Positions 29,008-38,292 of a stretch of DNA of 64,000 nt are shown in pieces (the stretch's first letter is position 1; each line of letters starts with the position of its first letter). A program made the position numbers and the translations under genes. The stretch is from Fibrobacteria bacterium (GTDB lineage Bacteria > Fibrobacterota > Fibrobacteria > UBA11236), in NCBI GenBank assembly GCA_043745805.1, contig JAYTSD010000001.1:96001-160000 (forward strand), in the 5' to 3' direction. The notes below the pieces were generated by a model. The model was not told the origin of the DNA. It saw nothing but the letters and a program-made list of their open reading frames with translations, and made no database searches.

Positions 29008-29103
29008 TTGCGGCCAAACTATTTGTCACTGAGCTTGCTGAAGTGTGGTTTTTTACTCGCTAATTGTGCTAAGGCGCTGGGACACTGAGCTTGCCGAAGT
29101 GTC
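28991..29103 (+). repeat. 56-bp tandem duplication containing a REP-like palindrome CACTGAGCTTGCYGAAGTG
   Basis: Copies 28991-29046 and 29047-29102; second copy forms a GACACT...AGTGTC hairpin. Confidence 0.75.
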
Positions 29104-29161
29104 ATCCAAAAAGGATTTACTTGCGGTGTCCAAGGAGTTGGGATATGAAATCAATTTATAA
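29102..29161 (+). pseudogene. hsdM: 3' remnant of type I R-M methyltransferase gene
   Basis: Reads SSKKDLLAVSKELGYEINL*, resembling recalled HsdM C-termini and overlapping an hsdS-like start. Confidence 0.55.
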
Positions 29162-29283
29162 ACCTATTGGCCCGTACATAAGAGTTGTTGACGAGCGAAA
29201 TGCTGGCCATGAGGTAAATTTTTTTTTAGGACTTAGTATATCAAAACCTACTTCTCTCCAAACTCGCGACGATAGAAGATTAA
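29145..29283 (+). pseudogene. hsdS: Internally deleted type I R-M specificity gene (5' and 3' ends fused out of frame)
   Basis: MKSIYKPIGPYIRVVDERN..LGLSISK, then in another frame QNLLLSKLATIED*. Confidence 0.6.
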
Positions 29284-29287
29284 GCCG

Positions 29288-30280
29288 ATGACCAACAGCG
29301 AAATCATCTTATATCAAAACCCCGACGGCAACATCAAAATTGATGTGCGGCTTGAAGATGAAACGGTGTGGCTTACGCAAGACCAGATGGCTGCTCTTTT
29401 CGGTAAAGCGAAATCAACAATAAATGAGCACGTTAAAAATATTTATGAAGAGCTAGAGCTTGAAGAATCAGCTACCATGAAGAAATTCGGAATTTCCGAA
29501 TTTCAGCAAAAATCACCAAATTTCTACAACCTAGATGTCATCATTTCAGTTGGTTACCGAGTAAAATCACCACAAGGAACGCAATTTAGAATTTGGGCTA
29601 CCCAACGCCTTAAAGAATACATCATCAAAGGTTTTGCATTAAACGACGACCGATTTAAATCGGGTAATTCGATGAATTATTTCAACGAATTGCAAGAACG
29701 CATTCGTGAAATACGGATTTCGGAACGGTTTTTTTACCAGAAAATCAAGGACATTTATACTACTAGTATTGATTACGATCCCAAGGATGAGAAAACTTTG
29801 GAATTTTTTAAAGTTGTGCAAAATAAACTTCTCTGGGCTCTCAGTCAGCAAACCGCAGCGGAGCTGGTGTATAGACGGGTTGATGCCAACTTACCCTTGC
29901 TGGGGATGCAATCATTCGATAAAAAGAATTCATCGAGCATTAAAAAATCGGATATTAGTGTCGCCAAGAATTATTTAACCGAAGACGAAATGAAACTACT
30001 CGGTTTATTAGTAGAACAATATCTGGCATTTGCCGAAACCATGGCCCAGCAAAGAACGCCCATGTATATGGCGAATTGGATTGAACGGTTGGATGTCATC
30101 CTACAACTTAACGGCAGGGAACTTCTCACGCATGCTGGGCAGATTCGCCACGAAAAAGCGCTGCAAAAATCGGAAGCTGAGTTTGAAAAATATAGGTCTT
30201 CCCAGAAACTAATTGAAAAAGAGCAAAGCTTAAAAGAGATAGAAGACGATATCAAAAAACTTATCAGGAAAAAGCCATGA
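29288..30280 (+). CDS. RhuM-family (virulence RhuM / DNA-binding) protein
   Basis: ETVWLTQDQMAALF, YNLDVIISVGYRVKS..GTQFRIWAT, AKNYL motifs. Confidence 0.92.
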   Translation: MTNSEIILYQNPDGNIKIDVRLEDETVWLTQDQMAALFGKAKSTINEHVKNIYEELELEESATMKKFGISEFQQKSPNFYNLDVIISVGYRVKSPQGTQFRIWATQRLKEYIIKGFALNDDRFKSGNSMNYFNELQERIREIRISERFFYQKIKDIYTTSIDYDPKDEKTLEFFKVVQNKLLWALSQQTAAELVYRRVDANLPLLGMQSFDKKNSSSIKKSDISVAKNYLTEDEMKLLGLLVEQYLAFAETMAQQRTPMYMANWIERLDVILQLNGRELLTHAGQIRHEKALQKSEAEFEKYRSSQKLIEKEQSLKEIEDDIKKLIRKKP

Positions 30281-30347
30281 AGTTTATGTGGAAATATTTG
30301 AACAAGCGGAGAATTTCAAAAAGAACAAGAATGAAATTACCAAGTGA
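30277..30347 (+). pseudogene. hsdR: Collapsed type I R-M restriction subunit gene (start codon fused to last codons)
   Basis: ATGA-coupled MKF start overlapping EVYVEIFEQAENFKKNKNEITK*, resembling recalled HsdR C-termini. Confidence 0.55.
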
Positions 30348-30494
30348 AAGACTTCGATCACCTGTTGTCATGGATTGGAGTAACAGAAATGAAGTTAGTC
30401 GTTTTCGGGTTATTATTTCGATTTCCCAATTATTGACAATTTATTTTCGAAAACTAAGTTTTGTTTCTGCTATTTATTTTCACAAAGGAGCAAT

Positions 30495-31292
30495 ATGAAA
30501 AAGACAGCTTTAATTCTTGGACTTGGTTTAATCAAAATGAGCTTTGGCTTGGACGAGTACTTATCCATTGAAAAGGGTAAAACCGAAGTAGATGTAGGAT
30601 ATTGGTATTCCAGTCTTACGGGTGGATACAATGTGGATGGCAAAAAAGTGCATAATCTCAGCGGATTTGATCCTTCAGGAAATTTATTTCCTATTCAAGT
30701 TAAATATGGAATTATGGATGGCTTAGACGCAGAATTTGGAATTGCGGGCATAAAAACCAATAAAGATGCTGGTGATTTCGGGGGATTCAATCAACCTCAA
30801 CTTGCAGTTAAATACTCTGACGCAAAATTGGGTTTAGGTGGGTTTGTAAATCTTATTGTTCCTTTTGCTACCGGTAATCTCGATAAACCAGAACCTGCTA
30901 TGGGATTAGGGTTTGGAGCTGTTTATCAAAACCGCTTTGGTGATTTCCGTATGACAGGAATGGCTGGATACCAATTGAATTTTGAAAATAAAGATAAACA
31001 AAAAGACGGCAATGTTTTATTGGTATACCTAAAGCCTGAAGCCATGTGGACAGAATATATTGGAACTTACTTAGGCTTGCAATATATGATGTCTGGGGAG
31101 GATGCATTTGACGGAACATCGATTAAAAAGTCCGACGCGTACCTTTTTAACATTGTGCCAGGTATAAATGTACAGTTGTTAAAATGGTTAGCTTATGAAG
31201 TGAACGCCCCAATTTCTGTTGCCGGTAAAACAGCGCCTGCTTCTTGGAGTATCGGTGGTAGCATTTATGTAACCTTACCTATGGACAAATAA
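30495..31292 (+). CDS. Outer-membrane beta-barrel-like protein
   Basis: Signal peptide, alternating aromatic/Gly amphipathic strands, AAGGAG RBS. Confidence 0.7.
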   Translation: MKKTALILGLGLIKMSFGLDEYLSIEKGKTEVDVGYWYSSLTGGYNVDGKKVHNLSGFDPSGNLFPIQVKYGIMDGLDAEFGIAGIKTNKDAGDFGGFNQPQLAVKYSDAKLGLGGFVNLIVPFATGNLDKPEPAMGLGFGAVYQNRFGDFRMTGMAGYQLNFENKDKQKDGNVLLVYLKPEAMWTEYIGTYLGLQYMMSGEDAFDGTSIKKSDAYLFNIVPGINVQLLKWLAYEVNAPISVAGKTAPASWSIGGSIYVTLPMDK

Positions 31293-31317
31293 GCTAAAGC
31301 TAAATTTTTTTTTGATG

Positions 31318-31350
31318 AACCTTCTTGTTTAACTACAAGAAGGTTTTTTT
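31318..31350. terminator. Terminator hairpin between convergent genes
   Basis: AACCTTCTTGT-TTAACT-ACAAGAAGGTT + T run. Confidence 0.75.
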
Positions 31351-32515
31351 ATGGCTTATTCGTTTTATTTTCTCTATTTTCTTCAGCGAGCGCTTGGTAT
31401 TGATCAACTTCTTGCTTTAAGGCTTTATCCTTCGGGCGTAACTTTTGGGCAGCGAGCAGTATAGAGGCGGCGCGTTCATTATTGCCTTGTTGATGAAATT
31501 CATAAGCTAAATTCCGCAAGCCTTCCAATCCTTCATTATTTTTCAGCAACAAAGCTTTTTCATAGGCTGCTTGGCAGCGATCCCACCATTTCGCATCGAA
31601 AGCTAAATTGCCTAAGAATACTGCGGCATCACTATAATCACTTTTAACCAATAAAGCTTTTTGTAAATACTCCATCGCTAAAAAAGGTTTTTTGTCTAAG
31701 GCTAATACATCCGCTAATTTATACATGCTTTCATAATCTTTTTCGCGTAGCGATAAACCTTCGCGATAAGCCGCAGCCGCTTGCTCTAATTGACCTTGGG
31801 TGCGATATAAATCACCGATATAAAAGAGAAAATCAATTTCATTAGGTTTGCGGGCATAGGCTTCACGAATTAAATCAATAGCCACGGAATATTCTTTTAA
31901 GGAAGCATGTACTTCCGCGAGTTGATAAACAATGGACACGTCTTCGGGCTCTAGGTTACGGGCTTTTTCCAAAGCTTGTTGCGCACCGACAAAATCCTTG
32001 ATACGTGAATAAGCATCGGCGAGGTATAACCAAGCACTGGAATTTTCGGGTTCTTCATTTAAAGCGCGGCGATAGGCGGCAATACATTCGCCATACTGTT
32101 CTAGGCGAAATAGTACGGCGGCCAAATTAAATAGTGCAGGTGTGTATTTGCCGTCGGTTAAGCGTACCGATTTTTGAAAAGCCGCAGCAGCAGGAGCTAA
32201 TTGATTGAGACGGAAATAACAATTTCCAATATTGAAAGCAATGATGCCTAAATCACCGCCGCGAACCTGAGCCTTTTGGTAGAGTATAAGTGCTTTGGCA
32301 TATTGCCCATGATTGTAAATATCATTCGCGCGATTTACCAAATCAATGGAGCTTTGCAAGCGAATTTCCGCAGGCGCATTAGTTATGGTGGGCTTTGTTG
32401 AAGTTGTATTGGGAGTGGCTGCAAAGGTTAAATTTAAGGATGCATTGGAAAGTAACAAAAATGTTACCGTAACGAATAATTTCCTATTCCCTAAAAACCT
32501 AGATTTATTTTTCAT
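31349..32515 (-). CDS. TPR protein with signal peptide (TtpD-like component of TonB system)
   Basis: Multiple TPRs (NIGNCYF, NLAAVLF, YIGDLY); last gene of the tonB operon. Confidence 0.85.
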   Translation of the reverse strand: MKNKSRFLGNRKLFVTVTFLLLSNASLNLTFAATPNTTSTKPTITNAPAEIRLQSSIDLVNRANDIYNHGQYAKALILYQKAQVRGGDLGIIAFNIGNCYFRLNQLAPAAAAFQKSVRLTDGKYTPALFNLAAVLFRLEQYGECIAAYRRALNEEPENSSAWLYLADAYSRIKDFVGAQQALEKARNLEPEDVSIVYQLAEVHASLKEYSVAIDLIREAYARKPNEIDFLFYIGDLYRTQGQLEQAAAAYREGLSLREKDYESMYKLADVLALDKKPFLAMEYLQKALLVKSDYSDAAVFLGNLAFDAKWWDRCQAAYEKALLLKNNEGLEGLRNLAYEFHQQGNNERAASILLAAQKLRPKDKALKQEVDQYQALAEENRENKTNKP

Positions 32516-32521
32516 AGGGCC

Positions 32522-33160
32522 TCAATTATTAAACTTGACTTCAAAAGGTTGATCAAGTCCGCAATAGGCGACAGCCAAGCCATCTTTGCGCGCAGGGCTA
32601 AAAACCGTTTGCCTCAGGGCTTCGCGGCCAGCTTGCGCCATGCCAAGACCTGCGGGTTTTTCTTGAGAGACTTGAATATCATAAGGTTTGCCGCTCGCAT
32701 CTACGCAAAAAGACAAGATTAAATACGCATCTTTTTCTGCTGATTTAATTTCGGAAGGCATACGAAACGGTGGGGGAAATGTTGCGGCAGGTCTTTCATC
32801 CACGTCACCGGAAACGCTACCACCGCCCACGCCACCATTACCACTTTTGCGATTAATAATATCCGGTGAAACTAAGGCGCCCCCTAGTCCGGCAACTCCT
32901 AAATCCATGGCGAAGCGAGGACCGGCTTTGATTTGTGTTTGCATCGGCTTGCTGCGTGTAGGTTGTTTGACTTGACGCTTGGCATTCTCTTGCGGTTTGG
33001 CGGCAAGGTTTTTCATTTCCACTTGCGCGACAATACGCGGACCTTTTTTTGCGCCTTTATCATTTATCCAATGATTAAGCAATGGAATGCAGACCACAAT
33101 AAAAGCACTGGCAAATAAAGCGACGATCGCGATAAATAAGCGTTTCACTATTACCTTCAT
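32522..33160 (-). CDS. tonB: TonB-family energy transducer
   Basis: N-terminal TM; C-terminal TonB_C-like (LSFCVDASGK...FSPARKDG); after exbD. Confidence 0.8.
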   Translation of the reverse strand: MKVIVKRLFIAIVALFASAFIVVCIPLLNHWINDKGAKKGPRIVAQVEMKNLAAKPQENAKRQVKQPTRSKPMQTQIKAGPRFAMDLGVAGLGGALVSPDIINRKSGNGGVGGGSVSGDVDERPAATFPPPFRMPSEIKSAEKDAYLILSFCVDASGKPYDIQVSQEKPAGLGMAQAGREALRQTVFSPARKDGLAVAYCGLDQPFEVKFNN

Positions 33161-33564
33161 TGGGCCATAGCCGCCACGGAGATTTTTTTTGCGCCCGCCA
33201 AATTACAAGCATCCATGACATTGACTAAAACGCCGGTATTAGAATTGCGATCGGCAACTAATACGATTTCTCCTAAGGCATTTTCGGCCAGCATTCTTTT
33301 CAGCACATCTTTAAGGTTTTCCATATCCACTTGGCGTTCATTAACATGCACGGTACCTTCGCGCGTGATAGCCACGAGGATACTTTGGCGATTGAGTTCG
33401 GCGGCGCTTTGGGCTTGTGGTTTATCCACCGATACGCCGGTTTCCTTGGTTAACGTGGAGGTTAAGATAGTGAAAATAAGTAATACAAAAACCACGTCAA
33501 TTAAAGGGACGACATCGAGATGAAAGCCTTGGCGTTTTTTAGGTGTAATTACAAAAGATTCCAT
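33157..33564 (-). CDS. exbD: ExbD/TolR biopolymer transport protein
   Basis: VPLIDVVFVLLIF, VDKPQA, AD...VMD...AG. Confidence 0.93.
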   Translation of the reverse strand: MESFVITPKKRQGFHLDVVPLIDVVFVLLIFTILTSTLTKETGVSVDKPQAQSAAELNRQSILVAITREGTVHVNERQVDMENLKDVLKRMLAENALGEIVLVADRNSNTGVLVNVMDACNLAGAKKISVAAMAQ

Positions 33565-34211
33565 TATTTTTGCCTCCCCATTGGGGTTGATTCGGGACCA
33601 TAAAGTTCATTAAGCATAAGCGTAATCAAATACTCTACTTGATTTTGTAACCATTGTACGCGACCTTCTAGGCGCTGCCCTAAAAGAATTAGTACAATGG
33701 CTAAAAGTAATCCGCTTTGCGTGGCGATAAGCGCTTCGGAAATTCCATCGGCTAAAAGCGTAGGATTACCATTGCCATATTCATTCATGACTTTAAAAGT
33801 GTGAATTAAGCCGCTAACTGTGCCGAGAAGGCCCATGAGCGGGGCAGCGGCGGCCATGACGCGAATAAGGGGTAAATGTCTTTCGAGGCCATGTAAAGCC
33901 ATGGCGAGCTTTTCTTCTAATAAGCGGCGCAAAGCGCGTTCGGGTAAATGGCTGTTTTGGGTAACGATTTCAATACCGTAACGGATAAGATAAGGTGTTT
34001 TTTTAGAGAGAATATTTACTTCCGTTAAATTTCTCTGACGAATCAATATTTTTATTTTGTCGAAAATCGGATTCAAATTGACTTTCCATAAGCCAGCACC
34101 CAAATTAAAATAAGTTCCTAGTACCAAACAAAATCCCCAAAACCCCACCGAAAAAATGGGGATGATGACAAAGCCACCTTTGGCATAAGTATCGTAAATA
34201 ATTTCAAACAT
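33564..34211 (-). CDS. exbB: ExbB (MotA/TolQ/ExbB proton channel)
   Basis: APLMGLLGTVSG, GISEALIATQSGL. Confidence 0.92.
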   Translation of the reverse strand: MFEIIYDTYAKGGFVIIPIFSVGFWGFCLVLGTYFNLGAGLWKVNLNPIFDKIKILIRQRNLTEVNILSKKTPYLIRYGIEIVTQNSHLPERALRRLLEEKLAMALHGLERHLPLIRVMAAAAPLMGLLGTVSGLIHTFKVMNEYGNGNPTLLADGISEALIATQSGLLLAIVLILLGQRLEGRVQWLQNQVEYLITLMLNELYGPESTPMGRQK

Positions 34212-34232
34212 CGGCGTTTCCGTAACTTAAAA

Positions 34233-35741
34233 TTATTTCTCTGGCCAAATTTTGTTTAAAACTTCTAAGCTGCAACTATTTAGCGTAGCTTGTAAGGTAT
34301 CGAGTTTTTCATTTAAAAAACCATGAATAAGTAATACCGGAATAGCAATGGCTAAACCTGTTTCCGTATTAATCAATGCTTCGGAAATACCACCCGCTAG
34401 CACTTTTGGATCATTGGCTCCCAGTTGATTGAGAATTTTAAATAAAGTGATTAAACCGGAAACGGTACCTAATAAGCCGAGCAAAGGAGCGGCTGCACCC
34501 ATAGCCGCAATCAGCGGCAGTCTTTTTTCCAAGGCTGGAACTTCGCGTAATAAAGCTTCGCGTACAGCTTTCTCGGCGGCTTCGCGGCTTTCATCCACAT
34601 GTTCCACAATAGCGCCTAAGGCATGGGCTAAGCTGCTCGAAGAGTCTTTGCATAAAGCATTTGCTTCTTTCCATTTTTTTTCTTTGGCGAAAGCTAAAAA
34701 TTTTGCCATGAAGGATTCTGCATTGGTACTACGGCGAGCGAAATAAAAGAAACGTTCCAAAATCATCAACAAGGCTAGTAACCCCACGGCTACGAGTGGA
34801 TAAAGGGTTACGCCACCTTCCTTAAACCATGTCGTCACAATTTTACCAAAACTTTGTTTTTCGCTTTGTACAAAACCCGAACCTACACTTTTGTATTGTA
34901 AAACGTCTAGTGGGAGTTCAATGCCATTTTTTCCTTGCACGGCGGACTGAATACTTTGGTTGAGTAAACGATTATAATCTTGGGCTAAATCACTGCGCCA
35001 AACAAAAGTTTTCCCTTGCAAGTTACCGGTGCGTAATAAGATTTGACTTTCGTCTTTGCCGCCCTTTTCTAATTCGGCAATAAATATGGTTCCTAATTGT
35101 AGGCGCCAAGCATTGGCACTGCGACCGCTTGCAAAGAGTGTTTGTTTGGTAGTGAGGCTTTGGGTTGTGGTTAAAGTGTAACGTTGCAAACTAGTTTGCA
35201 AATACAAATCTAAGGCGGCGCGCGTGTCGGGATTCGTAGCGGTAATGATTTGTGTCGCTTTGGAATAACCTAAGGTACGGACATCAATACCTACGGGAAT
35301 ATCAATAGCCAAATTTTCGGCAGCATTATTAATGGTTTGTTTTACGGTAACATTAAAATTTTCCCAAGAGGCTTTTGCAGCTTGTAATTCACCTTCTTTA
35401 TCTTTGCTTTCATTTTGCGCTTTGATGAGTTCTTCTTCTAAACGACCGACATCCGCCGAAAGTCGACTGTATTTGTCTTCCAATGCGCGAGCTTTCTCTT
35501 CCGCTTCTTTGGCTTTGGTGCTTTGCTTATAGCGATTTTCCCAACGAGTCGCTTCGGCTTTTTGCAGAGTTTCTAATTTTTCCGCTTTAAGCGATTCCAA
35601 GGCGGATAGCTCTTGCTTTAATCCCGCTAAAACCTTTTGTGTCGGATCAATTTTTTCATCCTTTGCAAAAATCGCAGTGGAAAAAACCAAAGTGGCAAGC
35701 AAAGTATTATATAGATGAGGAGTAACAAATCGGTTACGCAT
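34233..35741 (-). CDS. Long MotA/TolQ/ExbB-family protein with periplasmic coiled-coil (TtpC-like)
   Basis: Signal peptide, coiled coil, C-terminal APLLGLLGTVSG / GISEALINTETGL. Confidence 0.85.
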   Translation of the reverse strand: MRNRFVTPHLYNTLLATLVFSTAIFAKDEKIDPTQKVLAGLKQELSALESLKAEKLETLQKAEATRWENRYKQSTKAKEAEEKARALEDKYSRLSADVGRLEEELIKAQNESKDKEGELQAAKASWENFNVTVKQTINNAAENLAIDIPVGIDVRTLGYSKATQIITATNPDTRAALDLYLQTSLQRYTLTTTQSLTTKQTLFASGRSANAWRLQLGTIFIAELEKGGKDESQILLRTGNLQGKTFVWRSDLAQDYNRLLNQSIQSAVQGKNGIELPLDVLQYKSVGSGFVQSEKQSFGKIVTTWFKEGGVTLYPLVAVGLLALLMILERFFYFARRSTNAESFMAKFLAFAKEKKWKEANALCKDSSSSLAHALGAIVEHVDESREAAEKAVREALLREVPALEKRLPLIAAMGAAAPLLGLLGTVSGLITLFKILNQLGANDPKVLAGGISEALINTETGLAIAIPVLLIHGFLNEKLDTLQATLNSCSLEVLNKIWPEK

Positions 35742-36586
35742 TATTTTTCTCCTTTCGCGGAGTCAAGTGTCAAGCTTAAAGGAAGAGATACCAGTTGCGG
35801 AGGCTTTTTGGCGCCTTTGACTTCAATGGCTTGTTTAACCGCTTTGCGTTCTAAAAAGGAAAGATCTTCGCGCCAATCATAGCTTGCACCTTTGCGTTCT
35901 AAAATGCCAAAGTTTTTGCCTTCATCATCCATATAAACCAAATACTGATTTCCAACTTTGAGAATTTGTGCATTAATGGATTCGCCATTTTTAAGCGTAA
36001 GCGGTTTATTAATCAAAGCGATTTCATCTCCTTGTTTAATTTCTTCTTTGAGTATTCCATTAAAGCGAGAAAAGCCTTCGTCAATACTGGCAGAGCCACT
36101 TTCTAAATCTTTTTGCAAACCTTTCACTCGGTCACGTCGATTAGATAATTCCCATGGCAAAGATCCGGCAATAGCCGAATCTAAGGTTTGAGCATATTTG
36201 GCTACCAATAAAGACAGGTTTTTTTGTTGCGCTTTAATTTCTTCCAAACTGTTTTGGCGACGAGCTACGCCATTGCGTTCCGTTTCTATTTTAGCTTGGG
36301 TAGCATGCAGTTTATTTTGCAAAGTAGTATTTTCTTGGAATCTTCTTTCCAAATCTTTAGCTTGCCTATCTTGGGATTGCTGTGAGCGCGCGTCTTCATC
36401 ACGACGCAAAGAATCGGTTTTGGATATATCGCCTTCTAATTTTTGCACAGTTTTTTTCAACTGCGCAATTTCCACCTTCGTTTTTTGTAGCTCACTTTCC
36501 AAATCAGGTGTTTGGGCAAAGGCTGTGGATAAGCATAAGGATAGGCATAAGCCTAGTCCAGTAGCACAAATATTAAGATGTTTCAT
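35741..36586 (-). CDS. DUF3450-like coiled-coil periplasmic protein (TtpB-like)
   Basis: Signal peptide, coiled coil, SLPWE..RRDRV, LVSLPL; start placed at MKHL after GAGGGA. Confidence 0.7.
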   Translation of the reverse strand: MKHLNICATGLGLCLSLCLSTAFAQTPDLESELQKTKVEIAQLKKTVQKLEGDISKTDSLRRDEDARSQQSQDRQAKDLERRFQENTTLQNKLHATQAKIETERNGVARRQNSLEEIKAQQKNLSLLVAKYAQTLDSAIAGSLPWELSNRRDRVKGLQKDLESGSASIDEGFSRFNGILKEEIKQGDEIALINKPLTLKNGESINAQILKVGNQYLVYMDDEGKNFGILERKGASYDWREDLSFLERKAVKQAIEVKGAKKPPQLVSLPLSLTLDSAKGEK

Positions 36587-36612
36587 AATTCCCTCACCTC
36601 GGATTGAAATAT

Positions 36613-38292
36613 TTATTGACATAATTTTTCACTTTTATGGGATTCGCAATAAGCTTGCGCATGTTTACAGAGTACATCGGAACGGCCAGGTTTATCGAGA
36701 CAATAGCTCACCAAGCCTAATTGACATTGTTCCGGTTTCCAATTTTCTACCAAACAGTATTCCCACAATTCTCGTTTGCAAGCATTAGATTCTTTTTGTT
36801 CAAAGCAGGATTTTTTTGCGGGTAGGCAAGTGGTGTTCGAAGCGGAAACCAGAAAGTTCTTTTCCGTGCAATATTTTAAATCGGTTTTTTCTTTTAACCC
36901 AGAAATTTTTTGCCATACCATGGCAGAATCGCAAGGACTATTCACGGAATCTTTTCTTTCCATGCAAGTATAAATAGCGTCCTCCCGACAATCCGGATCT
37001 TTCCATTTATTCTCAGCACAGTAACTGCGATAATACCCTCGACAATCGGCATTATCAAACCAACCCTTGCTATGACAGTAGTTCGCGCGTACCGCTTGCA
37101 CGGAATAGGATTTAGTTAAATTATCTGTTTTGATTAAAACATCGAAAGAATCTTTAATCGCCCCAGCAAAAATACCTGCGGCACCAATAATATTGTATTT
37201 GGGCTTAACTCGTGGATCATCGGCTTGCTGAATAGCGGTTTGAGTATAGTCACTATAGGCTTTTTCATAACCGTAAAAATAAAGACGATTAAGTTTAGTT
37301 TGAAACCAAGTATTCACTACTCCCAAGCTATCCAGTACATTTCCCCCATTTTTTTTCGGGAAGGAAGGATAATCGAGTAAGCGTCGTATATGTCCTGGGA
37401 AGTAATATTCTTCAGGTTTGGGTTTTATTCCTACAGGTGAATCAAAGGCGGTTTCTGGACGATAACCTGTGCTGTCAAAGAATTGGGTGATAAGTACATC
37501 TTCCACATCATCGCTGCGTGTGGAGAGATAGTAATGAGAAAGTGTATTGAACGCTCCATTTAAATAGAACAGGGTATCTTTTTCAGTATAATTTTTTGTT
37601 TCTTGTTGAACTAATTTGAATACTCTTGCCTGAATGGCGCGACCATTTTTTGCCAGATAATTTCCTTGTCCTGTGGTATCTAAAAAATATATTTGTAGGC
37701 TATCGTATTCTTTGGAAATAATTGCTTTTGTATTTTTGGGTAATGAATTAAATCCTTCTACGGAAAAAATATTTTCCGGAACTTGTCCAGTAAATGCAAG
37801 AGCAGGCGTTGTAGCGGAGTCATTGATGGAAAATAAATGTGGGATATTTGCCGTTGCGGATATGCGCGTGACTTTACTTTCACCGGCGCTATCCCAAACG
37901 ATACGTGCATTTAAAGTATAGCTTTCGCCATTCATGGCTTTTTGCGAAGTATCTCCCGAAAAACAATTAGGCACATTGCTATTTGGCGATAAATTTACTG
38001 TGGTTACCGACCCATTAAAGTTACCAGTAACATTAATGGCTGCACTATCATAAAAACCGAAGGCCGGAGTGCTTTCTTGATTTAAGGGCACAAACTTTTC
38101 AAAACAAATGGACTGCACGGGAAGTTTGGCTATAATGCTGCCGGTTACCCATATCCCTTGATAAACGGGTGGGTTTTTAGGGGTATAATCCCAAGGCCCT
38201 TGAATACAGCTTCCCAAAGCCAATGCCGTTAAAAGAATTAGCTTGCGAATTAGGTTACGTAACGTAGGTTTGTAATTAGAAATAATATTCAT
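36613..38292 (-). CDS. Lipoprotein partner of TonB-dependent receptor (DUF4249-like) with Cys-rich C-terminus
   Basis: LGSC lipobox; NIIGAAGIFAGA motif; 16 Cys in the last ~155 aa. Confidence 0.7.
   Translation of the reverse strand: MNIISNYKPTLRNLIRKLILLTALALGSCIQGPWDYTPKNPPVYQGIWVTGSIIAKLPVQSICFEKFVPLNQESTPAFGFYDSAAINVTGNFNGSVTTVNLSPNSNVPNCFSGDTSQKAMNGESYTLNARIVWDSAGESKVTRISATANIPHLFSINDSATTPALAFTGQVPENIFSVEGFNSLPKNTKAIISKEYDSLQIYFLDTTGQGNYLAKNGRAIQARVFKLVQQETKNYTEKDTLFYLNGAFNTLSHYYLSTRSDDVEDVLITQFFDSTGYRPETAFDSPVGIKPKPEEYYFPGHIRRLLDYPSFPKKNGGNVLDSLGVVNTWFQTKLNRLYFYGYEKAYSDYTQTAIQQADDPRVKPKYNIIGAAGIFAGAIKDSFDVLIKTDNLTKSYSVQAVRANYCHSKGWFDNADCRGYYRSYCAENKWKDPDCREDAIYTCMERKDSVNSPCDSAMVWQKISGLKEKTDLKYCTEKNFLVSASNTTCLPAKKSCFEQKESNACKRELWEYCLVENWKPEQCQLGLVSYCLDKPGRSDVLCKHAQAYCESHKSEKLCQ

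Noticed and set aside
28991-29103. Possible mini CRISPR array
   Set aside because: Only two units, the repeat includes coding sequence of uppP, and no cas genes are present
29091-29291. 66-aa ORF as a real gene
   Set aside because: Better explained as a chimera of REP sequence and hsdS remnants
30277-30498. 73-aa ORF as a real gene
   Set aside because: Out-of-frame read-through from the collapsed hsdR start; no recognisable protein
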